Assembly (NCBI RefSeq): GCF_009914755.1
Contig: NC_060938.1
Reading direction: 5' to 3' (one strand)
From: the human T2T-CHM13v2.0 reference genome, Homo sapiens
DNA: 64,000 nucleotides
Below the pieces are notes generated by a model. That model was not told where the DNA came from and made no database searches. It saw only the letters and a program-made list of their open reading frames with translations. Below are positions 36,125 through 49,600 of this stretch, in pieces; position 1 is the first letter of the stretch; every line of letters begins with the position of its first letter. The translations under genes were made by a program, and so were the position numbers.

Positions 36125-36322
36125 TATACATATATATGTGTATATACACATATATGTGTATATGTGTATATATGTATGTGTATATATGTATTGTGTATAT
36201 GTATATATGTGTGTATATGTGTATATATGTATGTGTATATGTGTATATATGTGTATATATATGTGTATATGTGTATATATGTGTACATGTGTATATGTGT
36301 ATATATGTGTATATACACGTAT
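36125..36322. repeat. (TATATG/TGTA)n low-complexity tract
   Basis: About 200 bp of almost pure RY alternation; source of the spurious Y/I/V/C/M-rich ORFs. Confidence 0.9.
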
Positions 36323-37249
36323 ATTCTCTTCTTTCTCTCATACATAAAATATGTAGCCAAAAAAAAGCTATGCCTTTACTAAAATAACCAAAGAGGCTAT
36401 GAGCCCTGACCCCACTGTTCACTATAAACATTATCTCTATACAGCTTATCGCTTATGTATGATTCCCGTTTTACATATTATGTAAATATGGAATATGGAG
36501 GAAATGTATTTTGGGAAGTTTTCAAAACCATGTGGTCAATTAAAGAAGAAACCAGGGCTAGAACTCGGGTATCAAGTCTTAATTTTTAGTGCGAAGAGTT
36601 TTTTACTGACACTTGGATTTCCTTTGAATTGAATTCTTTAAAAACAGGAATTCTTGCAGGAGATGTTTATTTTTGGTCTTATCCAACAAATCGAAACATA
36701 ACTTCAGGATTCAGTAATTTTGTTTTTTACTTACTTTTTGATTGAGAAGAAAAAATGATTTCTAAAGCTTGGATCTTAATAATACCTTTTATGGTTTAAT
36801 GTGGTTTAAAATTATCATTCTATTAAAACTCTATACATGAAAAAAGCTGAATGAAAAGTGGAGAAAAATATTTATTTGATTCATCCAAAATATTCAGCTG
36901 CGAGCATCGTGAAGATGAGAATTTTAGAACTGTAATCAACAGAGTTGTGGGATTTTGTGAAGCCCCTTTTAGAAGCAGACAGAGTGGAGCAAATGAGGGT
37001 AGCTGAGTAGGTGGGAGGGTGATGTTCCTTGCATTCCTCAGTTCCAAAAGAGCAACTTTACTTTGATTTGCTTAATATGCTAAAGCTTCCCTGGTCTTAT
37101 CTTATAGAGAAAAAGCAGCAAGGCCAAATAAATTGATACAGAAGAAATGTTTAGATATGTTTTTGCAAGTTTCTGCATATCTGAAATAGAACCAATACAT
37201 CACATGGTATGTCCAGGAGTTATATAGGGTTGAGATTTTTTATGGGTTC

Positions 37250-37380
37250 TGATTTGCAGATGAGAAAACAGTGGCATTGAGGAATAAAGTGCCTTTCCCT
37301 ATGCCTCATGAGGAATCAGAGGCCCAGCTGCAAAGAATTTTCAAGGAAAGATATTTCTAGTTCAATGCTCTATCCACAAG
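37250..37380 (-). mobile_element. MIR-family fragment
   Basis: ttgcagatgagaaaacagtggc...aagtgcctttccc...tctagttcaatgctctatccac. Confidence 0.45.
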
Positions 37381-38518
37381 ACAACGCTACATCTTTCCTT
37401 TCACAGTTGTTTATATTTGGTTTAACAGCGGTTTTTATTAATGCCTTCTAAATGATTGAAATACAGTTTTAAACCTGAATTGTTACAACTGTATTGTTAC
37501 CTTTGTCTTTATTAGTACAACAATCTTTTTTCTTGTTTACTCTGTTAAGTGCTAATGTAAATAACAGCTTTTATTTAGCATATTTTTGCTGACTGTTTTT
37601 ACACTTTTTTGCTACCTCTCGCCTAACAATATTTGTCCCATTCTTTTGCAAATCTTTGAATTCTAAATTAAATGAAGCTAGATCTATTCTAAAAGGAATA
37701 GTACATCAGTGTTCTTGTTTTTCAATTCTAATTAAAGCCTTCAACTCCCCTGCACTTACACTTTCTCATATTCCATTGCTGCTGCACAAATGCGATTGCA
37801 GCTTACACGGGAGTAATTTTAATATAATTAAAATGATCTAATATTTCAATTGTTTGCAGAGAAACTAAGTGTATTCTCTCAGACACTCATCAGTTTAACT
37901 TCCAGATAATATCAAAGAAAAAATGTCATCTTTCTAATCTCACTGCTGATAAAGAGAAGTTTATTTTTATTCTTGGTGTAATCATTTAAATATTTTTTTC
38001 TCCAGTACTTCCTGATTGCTTGTTTAAAATTACAATTCTGGTGTTAATAAGCTGTATAGTTCTAAGAAAAGTCACTTAATACCCTCAAGGCTTTTGTTTT
38101 CTCAAAGGAAGGCTATTAGACAACCACTCCTTGCCTTCCTTGTGGTATAGGGTTCATGGAGGAAGTGAAGGGGGCTTCAGCCTCACCAACTCCCTCCATC
38201 TCCAATATACAGAGTGTGAGTCTCCATCCTTCTTCAGTTAAAACTTTCACATAGACCAAATTAGCATCAGAGTGTAGGTGTTTGTGCAGTTGATTTCCCT
38301 TACTCGGTGGTCCTGAAGAAGTAAGTGTACAACTGAGACATGCAATTGTTGCACCCTTCTGTTTTGGGCACAAACTTTAATGTCCATTTCTTGGGGTCAA
38401 TGGCCACAAGAGGTGAAAAGGATCTTCATCTCCTCAATATGATGACAAGGTCTTTAAGCAGTCAGGTCCAGTATAACTGAAAGGTAGATGTGTCAGTTCC
38501 TGAACATACAACTACCTC

Positions 38519-38636
38519 ATTTTCAGGAGTAACGTAAGTAAAAAGTTACCAATTATTAACTGACATTTTCAGGAATAACCTAAGTAAGAAGTTACCGATT
38601 ATTTTCAGGAATAACTTAAGTAAGAAGTTACTGATT
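38519..38636. repeat. three copies of a 36-bp unit
   Basis: Consensus attttcaggaataacctaagtaagaagttaccgatt at 38519-38554, 38565-38600 and 38601-38636. Confidence 0.9.
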
Positions 38637-39766
38637 AACTGAAGTAACAGTATAAAGAGCAAAGATGAATCAAAGTGAAAATGCAAAGAGTGATTGTTTT
38701 CCTGTTTCATCAGACATATCACACAGGTATCACATTAGATGTGGTTCTCAGCTCCTCTTCAGGGGCTGCTGTCCTGGATCACACACAGGATAGGTGCTTA
38801 GTATCTTCCACCAGCTTGATGAACATCTAGGCCTTCTGGCATTGCACAGTTGCCATTAAGGAAAGCAGCCCATTCCTAGTCAACCTCTATTGGCATTCCT
38901 CTCCTTCAGCACCTGTCATTTATTCATTAACTCACAAGAACAGTTAAAAACAAGAGAAACAGATGTTGTTGAGCTCATCAAACTGTATACTTTTTTTCAG
39001 TTGAATCTCACCTAGCTTCAAATGGGAACAAGATGTTCTTTATGCTTTGGATGTTCTTGTACTGCTGATTTCTAATTCTAGGATTTCCCTAATTCAATGA
39101 CATTAAAAGTTATAAAATCCCTGGTAAACTATGTCTAAGTGAGGGTAAGATCTTTATTTAATGAAGGAGAAGGGCTTTTAGAAATGAATACTGATTCCTT
39201 AACAGCAATCCAGACTTCTTCAAAAAAGAAAATAAAAATAGAAGCATAAAATTTTACAGCTGTTATGAATCAGAAATCTTCAGATTTTTTCCCCCATAAA
39301 CCTCGTTTTTCCATCAAAGCCTTGAGCTACACACACAGTCTAATCTGATGAGTATTATCAACCTTTAATTTTCTTTGCTACTAGTCTGTTATAGTCTTTG
39401 ATGTAGCCATCCTGATCTTCCTATAATTTGCAGCTTTGATAGCCAAAGGAAGTATATTTTCTCTAAAGCATGAAAATTTTAGAGGAAGCACCCTATGATG
39501 CTCTTTCTTATTATCTAATTTAGTAGCATCATAGAAAATCAAATCCAATATAAATAATTTAAGGAATAACAAGAATGATTAGGAAAATTCTTATTTAAGA
39601 ATGTATAATGTAACCATCATTTATTATACACCAACTACATGCAGATTCTGTATTAGATTCATGCATTCAACAAATATGTATAGAAAATACACTATGTGTC
39701 AAGCATTGTTCTAAACTCTTGGGATATAACAGTGAACAAAACAGGCAAAATTCCATACAAGCATGG

Positions 39767-40346
39767 TGTTTTAGTTAGCTTCTAAAATAGCCCGTAATGA
39801 TCTTCACTCCCTAGTATTCACCCCCTTGTATAATGTCTTTCCCTTGGGTGTAGGCTAAACCTAGTAACTTATTTCTAATAAATAGAATATCGTATAAGTG
39901 TCAGTTCAGAGCATAGGTTACAAACATAATGCAACTTCTGTCTTGGAAATTCTCACTTTGTCTCACTTTCTCTAAGGAAAGCCAATGGCTGTGTTTTGAG
40001 TTTATGGAGAGCCATATGTGGCAAGGAACTGAGGGTGGCATCCAGGCAACAGACTTCAAGAAACTGAGGCTGTCAGTCCAACAACCCACAAGAACTGAAT
40101 CTGACCAACAATCACAGGAACAAACTTAGAAGTATACTCTTTCCCAGACAAACCTTCAGATGAGACCACAGCCCCAGCCATAAGCTTGAAAACAATCTCA
40201 TGAGGGACCTTGAGCCACAGGCATGTAGTAAAGCTATGCCAGGAATCCTGCCTGCCCCACAGAAAATGTAAAAAAAATAAATTTTTATTGTTTTAAGCCA
40301 CGAAGTTTTGAAGTAATTTGATATAAAACAATAGATAATTAATACA
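39767..40346 (+). mobile_element. MLT1F-like MaLR solo LTR
   Basis: TG...aatagataattaataCA termini; ccttcagatgagaccacagccccagcc; ttttaagccac; 5-bp TSD catgg / catag. Confidence 0.85.
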
Positions 40347-40660
40347 CATAGAGAAAAATTAAGCAGGGAAAGGAGATAGCTAGTGCTGGAAGAATGAAGT
40401 GAGAAACATGGTAATTTATACAGCATCATCAGAGAAGGTCTCAATCAGATTTTAACATTTAAGCAAAACTTTGGAGGAACTGAGAGAGTGAGCTATCCAT
40501 GGGAGGAAGTTTCCAGAAAAAGGAAGAATAGGTGCAAAGGCACTGAGGTAGGAGTAATTCTATATGTTTAGCGAAGGCAAGGATGCTAGCATGGCTAAAA
40601 AGGAATTCATAAGAGAGAAAGAGAATTAGCAGGAAATGAGATAATAGACCTAATGAGAAG

Positions 40661-40661
<1 letters not shown>

Positions 40662-40707
<46 letters not shown>
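40662..40707. repeat. perfect (TG)23 microsatellite
   Basis: 46 uninterrupted nt. Confidence 0.97.
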
Positions 40708-40711
<4 letters not shown>

Positions 40712-41814
40712 GGGGAAAGCAGAAAAAGTAGGTAGAAATTTCAGTGACAGTGGTTCATTGTAAATATTTTGTATTTTTTTATAAAAGCAAGATGAGAAAC
40801 CTTTTTATGATTTCAAGTACTACACCAAATGACGAAGCCAATCAGAGGCCTAGTTAGGTGATAATAATACATATCAAATATATTTAATTTACTCCTTAGA
40901 TCAGCTGTAAGAAACAATTAACACTAACTCTACATGTTAGAAAACAATTCAGAGTAGTAAAGTTACTTGCCCAAGGCCATGCAGCCAATTTAAGAGATAA
41001 TCGAAATTTAAATTGATCGTCTTCTGTCTCCAAATTGAAGCCTTTATTTTAGATTAATATTCATCATTATCTCCCAATATATAAAATACTAAAAGATATA
41101 CAAGCTAGGAAATAAAGCCAGAAAAGACAAGTAAGAAATAGGGTGACATAGATGGTGGGGGGAATTATCTAATTATCCTATACAAGAGAAGTAGCCAGAT
41201 AATAGTTCTTTGACCTATTGTAAAGCAAGAAACATTATATATGAAGAGCACCACCTGTGTTAGGTAAGTTATCCAAAAATCATTGACGTCAATAAAGGAG
41301 AAAGAAACAGCCTCGATTTTCTGAACTCTCAATGTCTTATTGAACCACCAGAGAACACTTTTTCCTCTTCACCTTTATAAAGTACTTTGCAGATGAAAAG
41401 TGCTATTATTACCTTAGAGCTTTTAAAAAAATTAAGGCAAAAACATTTCTAAAACAATTATAATTGATTATGTCATCCTTTTACTTTGAGCTGCTGAAGT
41501 TCACCGAATTATAGTACAACTAATAAATGAAGATAGCACTTCATTAAAGACTTTAGACATTTTCTGAAATGAATTGAAATTAACAAAGTATCTAAGGATG
41601 AAGTGCAAATCTTCTGTAAGTCTTTTCTACAAAAGTGTTCAAAAGCCCAAGTGATTAATATAGCATATTAGTATGAATTTAAAACAATACAGGAGTAAGA
41701 TTTGAAATCAAGTAAATGGAGTTTTCACTTTTTAAATGTGTAGACACTGTTGACTCTGAAAAAAATATTGCTATTAGCTGGATGGACATCTTTTCTTTTA
41801 GATAAAACCTCTGG

Positions 41815-42000
41815 TCAAGTAATACTTGAATTGTGTGTAGCTCTTGACATACATTGCTTCTAATTCTTGCAAACAATGCCAAAAATATCATTAGCCCCAT
41901 TTTGACAAACAAGGAAACTGAGGATCATAAAAAATTATCACACAATAATAAATGGGACGGGCAGGATTTCTATCTTGATTACTTAACCTCCGAAGTCTAC
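41815..42000 (-). mobile_element. MIR fragment
   Basis: ccccattttgacaaacaaggaaactgagg. Confidence 0.6.
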
Positions 42001-42070
42001 ATATTTCAATTAGAGAACAAGAATTCTGGGTCACTTTCTATTTATTTTTCTGTGTTTTGTTTGTTTCATA

Positions 42071-42112
42071 TGTGTGTGTGTGTGTGTGTGTGTATGTGAC
42101 AGAGAGAGAGAG
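42071..42112. repeat. (TG)n(AG)n compound microsatellite
   Basis: Seen directly in sequence. Confidence 0.85.
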
Positions 42113-42689
42113 ATTTCAAAATATTTGAATCTTATATAATTGATTGTTTACACCTCCTTTTTCTCAGGTATAATACACAAAATGGTAATCAAAAGATGCT
42201 GCCTGAAGCTATAAATCTGGATCATTCATTTTACACTATTATGAAGTTTTGTTGGTTGAAAAAAACCTGTTCAAAGAGTTCTTCCAGAAAGTCACCCTCC
42301 TGTGAGCAAATAGCTTCAAGGCACCAGCAAATTTCATAACTTCAAATTTTAGCCTGAATCTTAATTGACATTGATTTCCTAGTCTTCTCTGAAAATGTTT
42401 ATCATTTATGAATATTCTATATTATCACTGCAATGTGTTATTATTATTATTATTATTGAATCAACACAAGGCAGATCAACCAAGAAAGAGTTACCCAGTG
42501 GTTAGCCACGATCCTTTCTATATGCTGCTTTCTCTTCAGAGACCTCTTTGCATCTCCAAAATGATACTCCACTCTAGTCCTAGGCAGTCTTCTTAGCTAC
42601 ATGACTGTCCTCTGAGAAGGGTTGACCGAATAAACAGTAAACTCCCTGAGTTTTCTTAATTTCAAATTTTTAAGTACTTTATTATTTGA

Positions 42690-43003
42690 CTTTTTAACTT
42701 TTAAGTTCAGGGGTGCATGTGCAGGTTTGTAATATAGGTAAACTTGTATCATGGGGATTCGTTTTACAGATTATTTCATCACTGTGGTATTATTCCTAGT
42801 GCCCACTAGTTATTTTGCCTGATCCACTCCCTCCTCCTACCCTCCAATCTCCAAAAGGCCCTAGTGTGTGTGATTCCCCATTATGTGTTCACGTGTTCTC
42901 ACCATTTAGCTCCCACTTATAAGTGAGAACATGCAGTATTTGGTTTTCTGTTCTTGCATTAGTTTGGTAAAGATAATGGCCTCCAGCTCCATTCATGTTC
43001 CTG
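42690..43003 (-). mobile_element. L1PA13-like 3' fragment
   Basis: ttttaagttcaggggtgcatgtgcagg...acagattatttcatcac...atttagctcccacttataagtgagaacatgcagtatttgg. Confidence 0.88.
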
Positions 43004-44050
43004 AATTTTCATTTTCATTTTATTTATGGGGCTCAGGGGTGATGACTAGCATATTGTGGAGGCTCAAAAACTGTTTGCTAAATGAATACATGGAATAATA
43101 ATTTAATGTAAATAAAATATATATTTGCTAGGAATCAAGGCTTTGTTTTCTTTATAAAATTTGCTCCAAAGTCACTCATCTCAACCTGCCACAATGAAGA
43201 AAAATACTAGAACAAATGCACCTTCTATCCCAAGACATCAGTTCTCTACATGAAGGTATTTAATAAATTTAAGAAGACTTTAATTTGTTTGATGTTATAA
43301 TATCACTCAACTTGTATCAATGCTAAAATCTCTTTTACAATACCTTGTATCAGTATGTCTGAAAACAATGTATCTATAAGTATATTTAAATTTTGTTCAT
43401 GAAGGCAATTTAGTTTAGTTAAAATAGTTCCTAAAATTATTAAAGTTTAAGAAGTTAAATAGTTTGAGATTATTCTGACAACTAGTGTAAGATTACCAAA
43501 ATTCCCTTGTATATATAATAAAATTAAAAGCATACTAACTTTTGTAGATTTGATATACTTTAAAATATATCTTTTGGAGTCTCTCTTTTTTCTCTCACTC
43601 TCTCCATATACGCATATGTTTTCTCCCAAAGTTTCTCATTACCCATCCTTTATAATTTAATTATCCTGAGTGCCTCCTGGTTGAGAATAATGTCCCAACA
43701 AAGAATATAAGAACCTTTGTTTTTCAGTCCAAAAGCTTGCTAGCTTACTCCCTACTCCATTTAATGCCACAGAGCTGATGTAAAATTAATGTCAAGAGAC
43801 AAGATAGCACAAGAAACTTCCATTTTTTTTTTTTTTTTTTGTGGAGAAAAGCACTCATTTACTTATTGATAAATATTTGCTTAACACCTACTGTGTGCCA
43901 GGCCATTCTAGGTACTAGTTGTAAGTTGTCTTGTTATGTAATTACTTGTAAAGTTATCTAAAATCTCCTCACCACTTTCCCTATCCTTGACATTTTTCCT
44001 GAGCAGGGTGAAATTAGGAGATAGGCAATTTTGGCTCATAAAATCTTTAA

Positions 44051-44387
<337 letters not shown>

Positions 44388-45224
44388 TCATCTATTAATT
44401 TTTAAGCAGTTTAGCATACTTTATTTTAAGGAAAGCAAGGCCTCCAAAGCACTGGATTTCATTTTATGAGGAAAAATTGTGATAGTTTATAATGTTTAAA
44501 CATTGACAAAGTCGTTGAAGATGCCGCAGAAATAATCAAAGCCCTAGGGAGGCTATTAACAATTCAGCTTTTCCATGGCATGTGGGAATATTAATTCTAC
44601 TTTCCTAAGATAATTTTTGGATGTGATTAATAATATAAAAATATCTCTGCTGCCAGTAGGCATCTCTGCTGTGTGTTCCTGACCCTGTCATCTGACATCA
44701 TTAACACAAGTACAAATCTTTCACAAGGGCCTTCTGTTATTCTTAAATGGTTTGGTAGACCAGCCAATTTATACAGAGGTTGATTACTTCAACTAATAAA
44801 AATAGAATTAGTAGAAAGAGTTAATAGAGAGTCCGATGGAACAGCACACTTTCCAATCTCTTAATGTCTTTGAGAGGAAAAAAATGTTTTCTAAGTTTTA
44901 GTTTTGGAACCTATGTTTTACACTTAAAAAAAACCCCAACACTGATTTTGGGAATACACTTCACATTTCTAAGCTGAGTCGTGATTGATTATGCAGTAAA
45001 ATCTCTAAGGTTCCTTTTGGATCTAAAATTATTTGTTATATTGTATATTATATATTATATGTTATTTTTACCTATTATATAATGTCATATCATATAATAC
45101 CATCTTGATAATCTACTAATTCAGAAAATAATGGGGTTTTCCTGAATTGTAAAGTATGATTATACTTAAGCAAATCTTACAATTTCATGTAAAAGCATCA
45201 ATAGCAAATGTGAATTTAATAATA

Positions 45225-45430
45225 TTTAAATAATCTACATTGCCAAGATCTTTCCATGTTCATCTGATCTGAACCCCTCAAAAACACTAATGAAATACAT
45301 TCTGCTATTATCCAAATATTTATAGATAAGGAAACTGAAGCACTGAAAGGTTGGGTAACTCTCCCAATACTTATTCTCAAAGCCATTATTTGATATCTGG
45401 TCTCAGACTTCAAAGTCTACACTGCCTATT
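45225..45430 (-). mobile_element. MIR fragment
   Basis: tttatagataaggaaactgaagcactgaaaggttgggtaactctccc. Confidence 0.65.
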
Positions 45431-48024
45431 TCTTGGACCACAAGATATTGTTCAAGATAGTTTATTTCTGGAGCCCGTGTTTCTAGGTCCACGAACCAGG
45501 CTATCATCATTATCAAGGTTGGTGGAGCCATTTTTTTCCATAGAGATGGACTACTCTAGCAACCCTTGTTTAGCTTCATGGCATTTAAATACTCTTTATA
45601 CTTTTAAATCCAGAGGCCAAGTCATAGAGAAGCAATTCCTTCTCAGATCTCAGAAGTGGAAGGCCTCCAAATTTGTAGATGCATAATCTGACTTTGGTGC
45701 TCTCTCATGCAGAATAGGTTAAAATAAAGAAAAGACATTTCAGTTTATGTGGATAGTTTTCCAAATTTGCACTCTCTGTTATAGAGTTCTTCATTTAAAA
45801 TCCTAAAATTACAGGTAATTTCCACTTTCAAACAGCAGTGCCTTCATTCTCTGATTGCCTTGGTAATACAACACAGTTAATATTTTTACCTTCTTTGAAT
45901 TAATTATCTCCCTCCTAAATATTTTCTTTCCTGGATTTTAGATTGGGGCTAAATTATAGAATTTATACATTACAATTGGGGAGGAGGGATTAAAGCTCAG
46001 AATTAAATGAAGAAAAACATCACAAAGCTTCTCATTTTGTAATGTTTTCTACTTTCTGTTAAATAAATTGAAGACTGCATATTGATGATCTAAATATACA
46101 TATAGTGACTGCTTTAATTACACATTTGCTACTTATAATACATTGTTACCATGGAACTGAGAAATTTTAATTAAAAAAAATTTTTGATATTAATTTCCCT
46201 TCATTTTACAGATTTTTTAAGTAACGCATTTAAGGGGAAAAAATGCTACCTTTATTGTGCCATTAATATATTTATAAACATAATGATCATTTAAATCCTA
46301 TTTAATGTTTTTATGATCATAAAGAGATTTTCAACTATTTAAAGAATTGTAATTTTTAAACTAGACTTAATATTCATCTTTCGTTTCTAATTGTAAACAT
46401 TGAGAAAATGGCTCTACAAAATCATATTTTTCCTTTCTATACTGTAATAAAAAGGTCTAGTGTTCAGAAATGTGCTCCTGCTCAAGTTTATATATAACAT
46501 AATTAGTTATATTTTTCAACATGTTATTATTTATGAAGGATGATTTGCCAACAGACGTATTTCTTACTCTCTCATTTCTAAAAAGCTCATTTGAATGTGT
46601 CTCTCCCATTCATCCTGTGCATTTCCCACTCCATAGAAACAAAATATCTTGAACTCATTTTATTAGTAGCCCTATGTATATAAAAAATTCTTTGAAATAA
46701 CTCCTATTACTTTTTTTTCAAATAGCTAAGTGTTTTTCCTATAAATAATTGAAACTAAATTATTGGTCAAACTTCCAAGGTCAAAAGCAAGCAGAGAGCC
46801 AAGCTAGCTGGTAAGGGCTTGCCGAAGTGTGACACACATAATCTACTAGGCAAAAATACCATCGCAGTCTGCATTTGACTCTACTCCACAGCTTACATCC
46901 TTAAAGTAGTTTCCTTTCTCTATTCTATTCTATGTATGTGGTGCAAACATAAGACTGCAATTGGATGCTGTTACTCCATCTGCCAGTCATGGAACTTTCC
47001 TCTTTGGCTATAATGGAAAGATTGAGGTGCTAATAATCATTGTTTCTGTTATCCTTATTTTATAAAACTTACATTTTTCTTCTCCATTCCTGACTATTGG
47101 CACCTTCCTCTCTCTAGGAACTACAGTGCTGTCCTTCTTTGCTTCTGCCTTTGGCTGCCTTCCCAATAGGAGAAGATAGAATTAGTGCATACTCCCTGAG
47201 GAGGACGAGAGGGGACTCAGCAGGGGTGCTTCCTTAGTCTCTTCAGCCACTGGCAGGGAGTATTCACAAAGGCAGCCCTGGAACCAGCTACCACTGTATT
47301 TTGTGATGAGTAGTACCAGTGCCTCTGTATTCATGTATAGCCAGATGAAGGGAAATAATACACAAATACTAATTATTTGGAGATAATAATGTGTGTACAG
47401 CTCCTGATCTGTGTGTACAACTCCCACTGATATTATATTAGGAAAACAAAAACACATTCACAGTCGATGTTCGCCCAACTTATTTTTAAAGAAGTGTGGG
47501 TGTCCTCTAAGGGGAAAGGTATAACGAATCATTGCTTAATAAAGGAGAAACACATGCTGATGTATAATTTTAATAGCTGAAGCTAGACTCTAGGCCTTAA
47601 GTCTTTTGAACTCTATTAATAAGAAAGAATGCGAACCTACTTTTTCTACATAATTAAAATCTTCAAATTAAATGAGTGAATTTCATCAGATTTTGCTCAT
47701 ATGTGCCGGATCTGTAGAATAATCAAGAGGTAAGAAAGTGAGTTATAAGACAATTATTCATGTTATTAGAGGTCAAATCAGATGAAGATATTTTAGTGTA
47801 TTTTTTCCAAGGGTATGGGGTGGCTGTGTTTTCTAAATGGTGTAGATTGTTTTTTATTTCCCTTAACTTCACTTTCTGGGGATGAGTGATGTCGTATGGT
47901 TTGCTTCTCTGCCAGCACTGATAGATTCTTCCCCAGATCTTCCCACTAGGTAGATATGTAATCATTCTATTTCACATCTTTGCTTCAGCACAATTCCGTG
48001 CTGACACATCTTCTCTCTGGAGGG

Positions 48025-48215
48025 AAGAGTGTGGCCTGGTGGTAGCAGCACACATTCTGAGAGCCAGGAATCATTGAGTGCTAATCTCAATATTAGGTTC
48101 CTCAGTGACTTAGGCAAGTCACTTCCTTATCCCTTTGTTCCATATCTGTAAAAGAGAGATGACAATGCAACAGTAATTTGGGTAGTAATTAGTGTTGGTG
48201 AAGTGTTACAGTAAC
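48025..48215 (+). mobile_element. MIR fragment
   Basis: gtgacttaggcaagtcactt...catatctgtaaaagagagatgacaat. Confidence 0.65.
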
Positions 48216-48664
48216 TCTAAATATTATTGTCATTACTTCAACACAATCAGCTAATTGGAGCAACCTCCCATGAGTTCAAACCTGCTAGTTAATTAAACTA
48301 TAAATGTAAGTGCACATGGTATGTATTTTCTGCAATCAGGTATATGCCAATAGTCTTACAAACTTATAAAGAGACTGTATTTCAAAAAATTAATGGGAAT
48401 TTACTTATTTCTAATTTGGAACATATTTCCATGTATAAACAGTATCAGTAGTCATCTAGGCAAGCCTATGATGTTATGTTCATCTTGTGATAAGCACTTG
48501 CAATGAAAGTATTGGAAAATTATATTGTTTTTATTGTGAAGAGAAGATAATAAATTATCTTGATGTTCATGTTTAAGAAAAGAAGAATGGGAAAATAGCA
48601 AAAGAACCATGACTATTTCAAGAAGGTATCTAATGAAACTGGTTTAGAAATCACTAATTCAACA

Positions 48665-49600
48665 TGCATTCTTTCATTTATTATTTAAAAATTAATACTT
48701 GAGTTTACCTCTGTGTCAGAAACTATTCTAGTGCTAGGGACATAACAGTGAACAAAACACTGTTCTCAAAGTGGGGGAAAGACGTCAAGCAAACAAATAC
48801 ATACTATTTCAGATGGACATAATGTGCTATGAAAAATAGCAAAGCAAGATAAGGGGTGGGTGATTGACAGGAGAGGTTGCCGTATCTCACGGGGTGCTCA
48901 GAGAAGACCTGCGGTCAGATAATACATAATCGTAAACTGGAATGCACTTGGAAATCCAAGCATGTGAATATCTGGAGGTAGAATATTCCAGGCAGAGGTG
49001 AGAGCAAGTGCAAAAGCGCTGATGTAATCACACCAATCCTTACAACAAGTAGTGAGATCAGGGCCAGTAGTAGGTGATACGACCATGGGAGCAAGACGTC
49101 AGAGTGATGCAAAGTCATTAGCCAAGGAATGCAGGCAGCCTCTAGAAACTGTAAAAGGAAAAGAAATTAATTCTCTTCTGTGCTTACTGAAGGAACCAGC
49201 CCTGCCAGTACCTAACTTTCGCCCAGGAGAATAAGTTTGGATTTCTGATTTTCAGAATTATAAAGGAATATGTTTATGTTGCTCTAAGCCACCAATTTTA
49301 TGGTAATTTACTACAACAGCCACAGGAAACTAATACAGGGAGCAAGGGTATAAACTGGAAGTCCAGCTAAGAGCCTGGAGCCTGGAAGTGGTGATAGCTT
49401 GCACTAGAGTGATAATGGTGGGCCTGCTTAGGAGTCATAATATTCAGAAATTATTACGACTGGTATGCTAATAGGATTTGTTGATGACCTGGATACAGAG
49501 TGTACAAGAAAGACAGGAATCAGGGCTGACTTTAAAGATTTGGGCCTGAACAACTGGTAAATTGACATTTCCATTTGCTGAAATGCCAATGACTAGGGAT
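48665..49600 (-). mobile_element. L2 fragment interrupted by an MLT1 LTR piece
   Basis: ctagtgctagggacataacagtgaacaaaac; aatattccaggcagagg...aagtgcaaa; tgactttaaagatttgggcctgaacaactgg. Confidence 0.7.
49021..49337 (+). mobile_element. MLT1C/D-like LTR, 3' part
   Basis: agccaaggaatgcaggcagcctctagaa...taagccaccaattttatggtaattt...cacaggaaactaataca. Confidence 0.8.

Larger units (their letters stand above)
39660..40810 (-). mobile_element. L2 3' fragment interrupted by MLT1F
   Basis: cattcaacaaatatg...actatgtgtcaagcattgttcta...gatataacagtgaacaaaacag; resumes with ttccagaaaaaggaagaataggtgcaaaggcactgaggtagga. Confidence 0.7.

Noticed and set aside
36018-36431. Overlapping 70-110 aa ORFs
   Set aside because: Stop-free reading of a (TATG)n-type low-complexity tract
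38519-38636. CRISPR array (36-bp partly palindromic repeats)
   Set aside because: Spacers are 10 and 0 nt, there are no cas genes, and the context is primate DNA
45351-45686. 111-aa ORF (also 49654-50013, 56786-57103, 25946-26251)
   Set aside because: No recognisable homology or exon structure; several use non-ATG starts or overlap MIR/L2; lengths are compatible with chance
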